From Octopus vulgaris (Eukaryota), in NCBI GenBank assembly GCA_951406725.2, contig OX597819.1, positions 30,752,001 to 30,816,000 of the forward strand: a DNA stretch of 64,000 bases, given 5' to 3'. Under the pieces are notes generated by a model. That model saw only the letters and a list, made by a program, of their open reading frames with translations. It was not told where the DNA came from and did no database searches. This document shows positions 1-11,585 of this stretch, in pieces; positions within the stretch are counted from its first letter, which is position 1, and every line of letters starts with the position of its first letter. The position numbers were made by a program, and so were the translations under genes.

Positions 1-528
1 TTCGATTTCTACATAAAAATACCTGAAATTATTAAAGCCCTTGGGAGAGGTAGAAATGTCACAACCTCTTCCCCTCCTCCTGGATTTTGCAAGACAAGTT
101 TTCAGTCTTCTTTCAAATAATTTCAGTTATAACTACCTAAGGCTCAGAAATTTATAAATATCAATTCACTGCTATTTTACTTCAAAAATACATCATACCT
201 ATGGAAAGAAAAATAAACTAAGACAGAACGAAGAAAGATGGGGAGAGAGAGGGAGAGAGACATATACATATATATATGTCATTGCTTCACTTTTGACACC
301 TAATACTGAAATAGTGTAAGAGATAAGAGATTGCTCTGGGCTCGAATTACCCTAAGTAAGGCATGTGTAAAATTTGAATGAAATTGGTTGGGTAGTTCTC
401 GAGTTTTAGGGATTCACACTGACAGACACACATTCTCAATTTTATATCTATAGATTCCTCTTAGGTAATGTATGGAAGCGTGATATTATATAAAGTAGTT
501 GACAGGAATTTTATGTTTGTTCTTTAAT

Positions 529-564
<36 letters not shown>

Positions 565-916
565 CTGAAGTTGGTAGCCTTCAACAATCACTATCTCCTC
601 CGAGACCCTGCGGTGCAAGTTGACCAAAATTGAGAGTATGATAGAAGAAGAAGGCTTGCTCTTCATTCCGTAGAAGATAAAATTCAAATCAGGTCATGTT
701 AAGACCAAAAATTATTTACATCAAAAAGGTGCATTTTTTCTATGAAAATCCCTATTTTTTACGATTTTTTTACTGCTGTGTCGCCATTTTTCAGTGTATT
801 TCAACTTAAAGAGAATTGCAAGCTACATAATGCAAAATTTTTACTTTTCAAAAATTCCAGTTCTAAAGGGTCAAAACAAACAAACCTATTGCTGGGCAAT
901 ACTACTAATATATATA

Positions 917-1148
917 TATCTGTAAATGTAATATGTGACAATTATGCGGTAGCCATGATAAAACTCAGAGTTTCGGATGCTGAGGTGGAAATCCACATCG
1001 CCATCTCTTCTGTTATCCAGCCATCGGAAAAATTTTTCCAATGGCTAGATAACTGAAGAGATAGCAGCGTGGATTTCCACCTCAGCATCCGAAACTCAGA
1101 GTTTTATCATGGCTACCGAATAATTATTACATATTACATTTACAGATA
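917..1148. repeat. 232-bp imperfect palindrome with no spacer (foldback), Penelope-like remnant
   Basis: 917-1032 is the reverse complement of 1033-1148 (tatctgtaaatgtaatatgt / acatattacatttacagata), centred on ggaaaaa|tttttcc and flanked by (TA)n. Confidence 0.9.
1048..1108 (+). ncRNA. Type I hammerhead ribozyme motif
   Basis: gataa-CTGAAGA-[stem II with gtgga/tccac apex]-GAAA-ctc-a-ga-GTT-ttatc; stem I gataa/ttatc, stem III ACTC-A-GAGT. Confidence 0.7.
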
Positions 1149-1210
1149 AATTCCTCTATTTACATAATATCGAGGTCTCTTTCTTTCTTTTGTTGTCTTA
1201 CCATTTTTAT

Positions 1211-1256
<46 letters not shown>

Positions 1257-1260
<4 letters not shown>

Positions 1261-2497
1261 TCATCATCATTTAACCCTTTCGTTACTGTATTTATTTTGA
1301 GATGCTCTGTGTTTCTTTCAGTTACTTTAGATATAACGAAGAATTTAGTAAAATTACTCAGTTATCATTAAGCTAGTGTTAGGAACATAAATTGTGGCTA
1401 AGGTATGGTGGAAGATTTTAATTCAAAACTTATGAAAACAAGACATTTGTACTCAAAGCCAGAGCCGGTTTCAGCCGGGTTGGTAATGAAAGGGTTAACG
1501 TCCGTTCTCCATGCTAGCATAGGTTGGACGGTTCAACCGGGGATCTGGGAAGCCAGAGGGCTGCACCAGGCTCCAGTTCTGATCTGGCAGTGTTTCTATA
1601 GCTGGATGCCCTTTCTAACACCAACCACTCCGAGAGTGTAGTGGGTGCTTTTTACGTGCCAGGCGAGGCTGGCAATGGCCACGATCGGATTGGTGCTTTT
1701 TACATGCCACCGGCATGAAAGCCAGTCAAGGCGGCGCTGGCATCAGCCATGTTCGGATGGTGCTTTTTACGTGCCACCGGCACGGAAGCCAGTCTAGGCA
1801 GCGCTGGCATCGGCCACGTTCGGATACTGCTTTTTACGTGCCACCGGCACAGGGATCACAACTGCAGTTTCCATTGATCTTTGATGTTGGTGTCCTTGAC
1901 CCAATGGATCTCCTCAAGCACAGGGTCAAAACGGTGTTTCATTACTTGCCACCTGCACAGGAGTCAGTCCAGCGACCCTGGCGACTGCCGGGTACCAGTC
2001 ATAGGATTGGTTCAATTTCGAATTTGACTTCGCTTGCCTCAACAGGTCTTCGTGTGTCCAAGGAAGGAAAGGCATGCATAAGTGGGCTGGCTACATCCCT
2101 GGCAAGGGACACAGGATGGACTCACTTGTCCTGCCGGGTCTTCTCACACACAGCATATTTCCAAAGGTCTCGGTCACTAGTCATTGCCTCGGTGAGGCCT
2201 AAAGTTCGAAGGTCGTGCTTCACCACCTCGTCCCAGGTTTTCCTGGGTCTACCTTTTCCACGGGTTCCCTCAACTGCTAGGGATTGGTACTTTTTCACAC
2301 ACCTATCTTCATCCATTCTCGCCACATGACCATACCAGCGCAATTGTCTCTCTTGCACACCACAGCTGATGCTTCTTAGGTCCAACTTTTCTCTCAAGGT
2401 ACTAACAGTCTGTCGAGTATGTACACTGACATTACACATCCATCGGAGCATACTGGCTTCATTCCTCATGAGCTTACGCATGTCCTCAGCAGTCAAC
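1257..2497 (-). mobile_element. RTE-clade LINE 3' fragment (ORF C-terminus, 3'UTR, (ATG)n tail)
   Basis: ORF 2122-2505 reads LRWYGHVARMDE...GRPRKTW...DRDLWK, typical of the RTE reverse transcriptase C-terminus; followed by a repeat-containing 3'UTR and a (CAT)n run on the + strand. Confidence 0.85.
1275..1494. mobile_element. piggyBac-type MITE inserted in an RTE tail
   Basis: Ends ccctttcgttac...gtaatgaaaggg with a TTAA duplication (1271-1274, 1495-1498). Related copies at about 44990-45208, 45740-45888 and 18803-19420. Confidence 0.8.
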
Positions 2498-3053
2498 TTG
2501 GGCAAGTGTCTTCTACTATAGCATCAGGCCAACCAAAGCCTTGTGAGTGGATTTGGTAGACGGAAACTGAAAGAAGCCCATCGTATATATGTATATATAT
2601 ATATATATATGTTACGGAGATGTACTTACTTAGCGAGTGACTTGAACTGAGATCATGTGCTGGAACGAAAACAATTGGAGCGTGGAAGGTGTTTATAAGC
2701 CATTTAAGAAACACGTCGCCGTCTCAAAGCCACGAAAATAGTTTGACAAATTAAATTTAAATGTTGTGAATCTAACGGTTTTGTGTGTTTCTTAAATGGC
2801 TTATAAACACCTTCCACGCTGCAATTGTTTTATGTGTGTGTGTGTGTTTGCGTGTGTTTGTACCCCACCACCACTACAATCCTTGACAACCGATGCTGGT
2901 GTGTTTACGTCTCCGTAACATAGCGGTTTGGTAAAAGAGACCGATAGAATAAGTACTAGGCTTACAAAGAATAAATCCTGGGGTCGATTTTCTGGACTAA
3001 ATGCGTTGCCCCAGCGTGGCCACAGTCAAATGACTGAAACAAGTAAAAGAGTA
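2498..3053 (+). mobile_element. 5'-truncated SINE family A with an internal inverted-repeat insertion
   Basis: Matches the other family A copies (ttgggcaagtgtcttctactatagc...gactgaaacaagtaaaagag). Confidence 0.75.
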
Positions 3054-3156
3054 AATCCTAATTTCCGTATTTGGAACTCGGTACATTATCCTTACCTCTT
3101 CTATATATATATAGGCGATGATCGATTGTATGCCTATATATATATATATATATATA

Positions 3157-3415
3157 TCACCGTAACCGACCAGACTATCAGATGTTGCTACACATCGCTG
3201 GTCACAATGCGCTTCGCATTATTTTTAGCCTTCAAAGCGAGCAGGCCAACAGAAGAAGGAGTGAGAGCAAGTTGTGGCGAAAGAGTACAGCAGGGATCGC
3301 CACCACCACCCCCTGCCGGAGCCTTGTGGAGCTTTAGGTGTTTTCGCCAATAAACACTCACAACGAATCGAAACCGCGAGTCAGCGAACCTAACCATTGG
3401 GCCATTGCGACTCCA
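3157..3415 (-). mobile_element. tRNA-derived SINE family F
   Basis: Reverse complement of the copy at 55601-55913 (gatccctgctgtactcttt...catctgatagtctggtcgg). Confidence 0.7.
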
Positions 3416-3416
3416 T

Positions 3417-3490
<74 letters not shown>

Positions 3491-3492
<2 letters not shown>

Positions 3493-3872
3493 GCGCAGGA
3501 GTGGCTGTGTGGTAAGTAGCTTGCTAACCAACCACATGGTTCCGGGTTCAGTCCCACTACGTGGCATCTTGGGCAAGTGTCTTCTGCTATAGCCCCGGGC
3601 TGACCAATGCCTTGTGAGTGGATTTGGTAGACGGAAACTGAAAGAAGCCTGTCGTATATATGTATATATGTATATAAGTGTGTGTGTGTCTGTGTTTGTC
3701 CCCCTAGCATTGCTTGACAACTGATGCTGGTGTGTTTACGTCCCCGTCACTTAGCGGTTCGGCAAAAGAGACCGATAGAATAAGTACTGGGCTTACAAAG
3801 AATAGGTCCCGGGGTCGATTTGCTCGACTAAAAGGTGGTCGAATGACTGAAACAAGTAAAAGAGAAAAGAGT
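3491..3872 (+). mobile_element. tRNA-derived SINE family A
   Basis: A-box-like tggctgtgtgg, B-box-like ggttcagtccc, internal (TA)n(TG)n tract and AAAGAG tail; at least 9 near-identical copies in the window. Confidence 0.85.
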
Positions 3873-4097
3873 AATATATATATATATATATATGATATCT
3901 ACCATATGAACTACTGTGGGAAAAATAAGAAAGATATAGTATACAATTTTTTTTTGTGTGTGTGCAGGGGTTCCACGAGACATGTAATTTAAGAGTTATG
4001 CAAGAATAAAAAGGTTGAGAAATACGGATGTACAAATAATGCGCATTATAAAACATCTTTCAAAAAAAAAAGAAAAAGAAAAGCATTTTGTCATAAC

Positions 4098-4612
4098 CTG
4101 CGAGTGTTGCTTTTGGCTAAATCCATCTGAGAAGGCACTGGTTCGACAAGGATAGCATTCCAGCCGAGTTGTATCAAATTGAAAGAGTTACTAGAAATAA
4201 GACCATCGTTGGCGCCGATGTCAATAACGAGACGACTCTGCTTAAAGTTTGAAGTTTGTATACGGCGATAGATGAACCCAAATTCGCCGGCATTTGACAT
4301 ATCAACACCTAAGAATGTTAACTTTGGCATATCATCTTGCTCGTTTTTCGGGTAAGTAATTAAAAATACCCGTTCGACTGTTTCTTCAAGCAATTTTGAA
4401 AGACCTCCATCCTTGCCAGCCTCCAGTAATGATTTTATTGATGGGTTTGTTGATATTTTATCAATAAATCCTCCGTTTGTATTGCTGAAAGACGTCAGAG
4501 CTCCTTTGATCATAAAATATGCATAGAATAAAGCACAATTGAATAGTATAAGTTCGGCTACTAAGAAGGTTACGATGAAATATCGAAAAACAACAGAAAT
4601 CTGACGATACAT
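4098..4612 (-). CDS. First coding exon of a membrane-anchored FkbM/Methyltransf_21-like SAM-dependent methyltransferase
   Basis: ATG at 4612; N-terminal hydrophobic helix; motif I VIDIGANDG plus SNS...GWNAILVEP; CAG|GT donor at 4098/4097. Remaining exons were not found in the window. Confidence 0.75.
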
Positions 4613-5011
4613 TCTGTCGCCGGATTAACAGGACACTGATCAAAGTAAATAAACAAACAATCGAGATTGTGAAAGCGAAACGAAATTCTCCCTCTCAATA
4701 ATAGACCACTCTTCAAGTATGATATTAATTATTCTGCACACTTATTAAAAGTAATTATATATAATTTACAATACATCAATATACAATTTTATTTTAAATA
4801 ATTTTTATGAGGTAAGCATTGCTATTAATAGTTTTTTTTGTGTAGTTGTATAGTAATAATTATTGTATGCTTAAAAATTAGGAATTGATGTTTTTTTTTA
4901 TGAGCTTCTTTCCGCTTTACTCGCAGACTTGAAGTAATCAACATTGTCGCATAATAAATACAATTGAACAATAATGTACAATTTTATTTTAAATAATTTT
5001 TATGAGGTAAG
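4613..5011. promoter_or_regulatory. Probable bidirectional promoter and first exon(s) of RPUSD4
   Basis: Lies just upstream of the minus-strand ATG. Two ATGAG|GTAAG donor sites (4807-4816, 5002-5011) splice in frame to the acceptor at 13030. Confidence 0.5.
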
Positions 5012-6435
5012 TGTAGCAAGACATAATAAATTTATTTTTTTTTTTACTGTAGCACGAATTAGTTGTTTGGGACAGACGCTAACAGTTAAAAGTTAACGTT
5101 GCGCAAATTCAAACAACAATTCTAAAAGAACATCTAAAAACTAAAAAAGTTCAGCCAGTTTCTGAGAAGACGTTGAACTGTTAACAATGTATTACAAGAC
5201 CCTCATTCTGTCAGCTTCATCAAGAACATGGGAAATTACTGTTTTGCTTTCCCAGTCATTATGTGAAATCTTGTGCCCATTGTTTCGCATGACATTAGTT
5301 TCTTTTAAGCAGCTACGAGGCTTAATTATATCGTTTTTATTCGCTTTACTGAAATCGGCCTCTCCAGCGAGATCTGTATCTACTTTGTGTCGTGGAATGG
5401 ATTCAGCTCCAATCCAGAGACTCTATTAATTGTAGTAGTAAGTAAAACTGAGGCGATCTTTCGTTTGTAGTAGCACGTTTCCGTCGATGATTTCCGTAAA
5501 AAACTTTTATTTTTTTACATATGGGCTTGCGGGAACATTTGAAGTAATGAGAGCGAAAGAGACTAAGAGGAAGCGATTTTATGACGAGGGAATTTCTTTT
5601 GAAGTTACCGAAGCATTGATGTACATGTGTGTGTGTGAGCGCGCGTGTGTGTGTGTGTTTGATGGGGTGTGGGAGACAGACAGTATGTTGTGTAAGTGAA
5701 GTGCTTCTGTTAATGTGTGTGAAGAGACAGAGAGAGTAATGTGTGAAAGAGAGATAACTGAAATTTTTTACTCGGAAATTTCAACCACCACCCCAAATTT
5801 GACGGAAATTTCGGAAAGACTTCCGCCCGTCCCTGTCTCCCTATTTTCTCCCAATTTTTTTTACAACCCACCCCCCACCCCCGTTTTAGGACACGGAGGT
5901 TCTGGAAAATTGCCAAAAATCGGCATTGTTAACCCCCACTTCCTCCAATTCTTCAATTTTGACTTTTTCCCCAACACTAACCTTAACCCTAAAATCCTAA
6001 CCCTAATACCCTAACCCTAACCAAAACTACAGAAATGTTTTGAAATTTTTGTCTGAATCATAATGTCTATATTTATCTGCATATTTAGAAAAAAAAATTT
6101 TACAAAAATTTCTGAAAAAAAGTAAAAAATGAAGGAAATGGGGGTGTTGGGTGGTAATTAAAAAATGCCAAATTTTTCCAATTTTTTTACAGATTCATAT
6201 TCCCCGTAGCCGAAAAGCGGGGTCTGTGTCAAAAAAAAATTTTTTTTTAAGGGTGGTTTGGGGGCGGGGGGCAGAAGTCTGCTCCAATTACACAAAGAAA
6301 ATTTTTACACGAGAATCAATACTAGCACTCATCCTTTTAGAAATAACAGCCAAATCTCCCTAGTCACACTGCACCGTCTTTGTTGAACAAAACATACCCA
6401 TACGGTATTTTTACATCTTTTGTGTATAAGAGAAA

Positions 6436-6640
6436 ACTCTCTTTACTTGTTTCAGTCATTTGACTGTGGCCATGCTGGAGCACCGCCTTTAATCGAGCAA
6501 CTTGACCCTGAGACTTATTCTTTTTTAAGCCCAGGACTTATTCTATCGGTCTCTTTTGCCGAACCGCTAAGTAACGGGGACATAAACACACCAGCATCGG
6601 TTGTCAAGCAGTGCTAGGGGGACAAACACAGACACACACA

Positions 6641-6717
<77 letters not shown>

Positions 6718-6881
6718 GACGGGCTTCTTTTCAGTTTCCGTCTACCAAATCCACTCACAAGGCTTTGGTTGGCCCGAGGCTATAGTAGAAGACACTTGCC
6801 CAAGGTGCCACGCAGTGGGACTGAACCCGGAACCATGTGGTTGGTAAACAAGCTACTTACCACACAGCCACTCCTGCGCCT
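6436..6881 (-). mobile_element. tRNA-derived SINE family A
   Basis: Full reverse-complement copy with a long internal (TA)n. Confidence 0.85.
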
Positions 6882-8569
6882 AAACGTGTGTGTGTATATA
6901 TATATATATACATGTGTAGATATGTATGTGTGTGTGTGGCGATAACAATACCCTTTTTCCGAATCAATTTTGGTTAAATCTCTAATTTTTACAAGTGCAC
7001 CTTTAACATTTTTTTTTTAAATTTGCATATTCATAGTCTCCGATATCTAAATAAAACCTAGGAATCCGAAGAAATGTCTGATTCTGGAGCATCTTGCAGT
7101 ATTTGGCCTGTGAAGTTCATGAAGGATAAACCTCTTCTATCCGAAATTACCCTACAGGCAGTAAACCATTCACCCATTCAGATGTTGGGTCAGATCTCAC
7201 CTTCTTTAGATTTGAACTTAACATCATGATTTTAAATGGATCTTCATCGTAGCTAACCTGCCTTATCCAGTCTTGGGGGAAGATTTTCTCCACCACTATT
7301 CACTATTAGTGGATGTACGTAAGCAATGCCTTTTGGATGGAACTACTGATCTTTAAATTGTTGGAAAGAATTTGAATACTCCAGTTGTTAGCCCAACAAT
7401 TTTTATCAATGTACCAAGACACATATACCATTCCCTTTTGAACTCTTTCCCAGAGCTTACTAATTTGAACTTCAATGTGAATAGTCCTACTCATTCAATG
7501 AGACATTTTATTTCCAAGAGTGGTGCACCACTTTTTCACGACTGCATCGTCTTCCTCTGGATAAATTCAAGGCAGCAAAGGCTGAGTTTGACCATATGTT
7601 ACAGCTTGGAGGCATTTGTCCTTCTGCAAGCCCTTGGGCCTCTCCTTTGCAGATGGTCCCTAAAGGTTCTGGAGATTTTAGGTTAAAGTCCATGACAGTA
7701 CCTGATAGATACCCTATTCCTCATTCTTGTGATTTTTCATCTTCTTTACATGAATGTACGGGATTTTCTAAGCATGATTTGGTGCGAGTGTATCATAACA
7801 TTCCAGTCAACCCAGATGTTCCGAAAACTGCAATAACTACACCATTTGGCTCATTTTAATTCTTAACCATACCATTTGGCCTCAGGAATGCTACCAGCAC
7901 ATTTCAGCGGTTCATAGATGAAGTCATTCATGGACTAGGTTTCATCTATGCTTATATTGATCTTCTTCTGAAGAGCATGTCCATTGTGTTTCTGGGTCAC
8001 ATTATTGACAGTGAAGGCATTCAACCTCTTCCTGAGTTCAGAATATTGAAGACCTTCCTCCTCCTCCTTCTCTGTGTCATTTCTTTACCCTTTTGAATTT
8101 TAACGACACTTTATTCCTCACTGTGCAGAGCTTCTATCTCCTCTTACTGAAGTGTCAAAGAATCATCAAAAGAAAAACAAGGATATTGTATTAACTTCGA
8201 ACCAGTTGAAATCTTTTAATTCTACACAAGATGAATTTGCTAAAGTGTCCCTCTTATTGCACCTTGTCTCTGATGCAAAGTTTGTGGTTGATGCATCAGA
8301 CACAGCTGTTGGTGCAGTTTTCCAAAAGTTTCATTTAGGACAGTTACAACCTCTTGCATTTTTCTCCTGGAAGTTGAAACCTGCCGAGACACAATACAGT
8401 ACTTTTGGACGCGAGCTCTTTGCCATTTACCTTGCCATAAAACATTTTCAGCATATTCTCAAGGGAAGAAATTTTATGATCAATAATGATCATAAGCCTC
8501 TTTTGCCTTACGATCGAAGCCAGAAAAATATTGACTGAGGGAAACTCAACATCTCGATTTTATACAAAA

Positions 8570-9991
8570 CTAGAGTTTCCATTGGTGCAATGACAACTGA
8601 ATGCAAGGAAGTGACCTGGAGAGACACCTGCACTGTGTTGCAGTCGTGGAAAGGTTAAACTTGCAATACCCCAACCTCCAGAACCATTGAAGAAACTGTT
8701 GTCATCAACTGGCCAAAATTCCAAGCTCTTCTAAAATAAAATTAGACAATACATCGCTACACTACAGATGACATCATTTGGATCCACATGAGATTTAACT
8801 GAAGCAGGATGCATGCAAACTTCCAAGATCCAAGGTCAGATTTATCATTGGATTGGCTCACTACTACCTCTGTCAAATGCAGCGATGTATTGTCTAATTT
8901 TGTTTTGGAAGTGTTTGAAATTTTGGTCAGTTGACGACAACAGTTTCTTCAATGGCTCTGGATGTTGGGGGATTGCGGGGAGTTTAACCTTTCAACCACT
9001 GTAGCACAGTGCAGGTGTCTCTCCAGGCCACTTCCTTGCTTTACATTGTATGCACTCAGTTGTTATTGCACCAATGGAAACTTTAGTGTCATTTGCATAA
9101 TGAACTGCTGGATCATAATCGAAAGCTGCTTCATAGAAGTTACTTCTCTGAGATGTTGCAACTGCTCTTCATTCTGCAGTGGAGATACTATTCTTTATCA
9201 ACCATGCATACATCTGTTCATCACTTTAAGATGCTCTGGCTTTTGTAGTGCACAGTCTGTTCGTTTCTTGGTATGCTTCCTTTTCTGCAGTTGTCTCTCT
9301 TTCTCGGGACAGAGACATTCCTTTGGCTGATCTTGACATTATAGACAAATTTGACACTTTCCTTCTAGGCATGGTTATGTACCTATACAGAAATACACGG
9401 GGGCAGAATATACTAAACAATGAAAATAACTGGTTAACGGAAATTATATTTCTTAATACAACGGGCAAAAAGTAAATAAGAAATTTTTATGGAAAATAAA
9501 AAATTGTATGGGTTGAAGTGAAAGTTGTCACTTAGTGAACCAAAGAGACAGTATCGAAGGAACCAGAAAAACACAAAACCATTGCAAAAGTAAATTAGAA
9601 ATTTTTAGGGAAATTAAGTAAGTGTATGGATTTTAGTGAAATTTATGAAGTTACTTCTGTCAGTAAATTATGTATGAAATTACTTTCATCAGTAATTGTG
9701 AATGTCTTTCTGTCCAGTAATTTGTCATTGTTATTTGTAAATAGCAATTGAAAACTTACAGTGAAAACAATAGAGAGTGAGTGAGATATAGAGAAAGGGG
9801 GAGAGAGAGAGAGCTAGTTAGACAGATAGATACAGAGAGATAAATAGAGATAGAGATGGGTAGAGAGATAGAGACAGATGGATAGAGAGATATAGACGTC
9901 ACTGACAATAGAAAACTGGAAGTAAATATTTTTTAAAACTATCACAGACATGAATCTATAATATAAATCCCGTTCTGTTTATATATTAGAT
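8570..9991 (-). mobile_element. Helitron derivative with RepHel N-terminal fragments, inserted in Gypsy pol
   Basis: GKVKL..PQPPEPLKKLL...IRQY...QMTSFG...KIQGQIYHWIGSLLP is typical of Helitron RepHel. CTAG at 8570-8573 and a TC-type end near 9990. The Gypsy DFI|SQF frame is broken at about 8564 and resumes at about 10292. Confidence 0.7.
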
Positions 9992-10527
9992 AAGATTTGA
10001 TCATTTTTCTACCAATGGATGTAAGGGAGACAATCAGTTTCTGAAAGTTACCTGTGATGATGTTTGCGTCTGGTTCACCCGAACAGAATCATACCTCCCT
10101 TCTCCATGTTACCCAGGAATGGGTGTTTTCTTCCCCCCTGGGGGAGCCTGTTACACATATGAAAAATTTTAAGAGTCTAAAACCATCCCTGGAACATAAG
10201 TAATGTATATCCCCAGTTTGGAGAAAATCAGTCGAAAAATACAGCCATTATAATCTTTTACACACACACAGAACAGGATTTATATTATAGATATCTCAGT
10301 TTTTTGCATTGTCTCCACTGCCTATAAATTCTTTGTCGTGTACTGCAGAAATCAACTTCACTAATTTATCCTCTGATCAACCTCCACTGGACTCGCTGGA
10401 CATTTCATCTGCAGCTTTTGCTACATGCAAGTTCAAGTACCTGCAGCTATTAACTGCTGATAAAGAAATATTATGTAACGTATCTACTGATGTACCACAT
10501 CCTTTTGTTCTTGAGAAGCATTGATAA

Positions 10528-10760
10528 CTTGGGATAAATCACTGACTCCACAACTGAGAGAACGTTCCCCTGGCCAGGGCTCTCTTAATAATCAGGTTTA
10601 TCTTTTTACGGTGACGAATGCAACCTGCATTCAGTACCTATGAAGTTGGAGGACGTTAAATAACCTTTAAATCAAAAAGTTTAGAGTTACTTCCCTTAAA
10701 AAGGATATACAATTATGTTATTATCGGAAATTAAATTGTTATAGGATTTTAATTTATTAT
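10528..10760 (+). repeat. 233-bp direct duplicate of 12560-12792
   Basis: Nearly identical sequence (fewer than 10 mismatches) interrupting the Gypsy integrase. Confidence 0.9.
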
Positions 10761-11200
10761 GCACACTCTGTCACATCCTGACACCGCTGCCCCAGTAAAG
10801 CTCATTTCAGCTATATTCTTCTGGTCTAATATGAGGCGTGAAAGTACTGAGTGGTTTCATTTTTGTCTTCAGCGCCAGAGATCCAAGGTACATAAGCACA
10901 TTTGTGCACCCCTTGGCACTTTTAGTACTCCTGACACTCATTTTAGCCATATTCACATTGATCTGTTGGAACCTGGCCTGTCAGTGAGAGATTTTCTTAA
11001 ATCCTGACTTATATTAATTGATTTTCACATTGGCCTGATGCTATACCATTAAGTGATATTTATGCTGTGGGCTGGATTTCATGCTACAGTGTTCCTACCA
11101 CTATTACCACAGTTCAGGGTAGACAATTTGAATCCCATCTTTTTGCAGAACTGTCTAAAATCATCAGTGCTCAAAGAATTCATATGACTAGCTATCATCC

Positions 11201-11585
11201 AATTTCTTTATTAGCCACAAGGGCCCAAACATAGAGGGGGACAATACAGCCTGATTGGGGTCAGACACACAATGATTATATGACTTTTAAAATTTTACAA
11301 AATATAATGAAATCGAATGAGATACAACAAGGACGTAATACAAACATGAGATGAAGCAGAGAGATGGCTTACGCTCCGACCCCACGAGCCCCATTCTCCT
11401 ACTGAAACTTTTGTATTCAGACTTATGACATGTTCACAAGGAATCTTTCATTCCCAGCACCCTCGCAACATGCAACCATCTTTCTTTGAACATTTTCTTT
11501 GACAGGCATCTTCTCTCCAGCCTCACCTTCCTTTTAAGGTGGAAGATAAAAAATCTCACCAACCCGAGACCGGAGATGAGGTTGC
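11201..11585 (-). mobile_element. L1/Tx1-like LINE 3' fragment with a 9-bp target-site duplication
   Basis: TSD ctatcatcc at 11192-11200 and 11586-11594. Minus strand encodes ...KRKVRLERRCLSKKMFKERWLHVARVL*, then a 3'UTR ending ctaataaagaaa. Confidence 0.65.

Noticed and set aside
1715-2329. 204-aa plus-strand ORF
   Set aside because: Antisense to the RTE ORF end and 3'UTR; no recognisable protein features.
3338-3992. Recurrent ORFs such as [19 protein letters not shown] and MTTDAGVF
   Set aside because: These are translations of SINE family A and microsatellites, repeated at every copy.
5976-6022. Telomere or interstitial telomeric array
   Set aside because: Only a few degenerate ccctaa units, as also seen inside repeats at about 14450, 34915 and 39505; a common transposon-internal motif.
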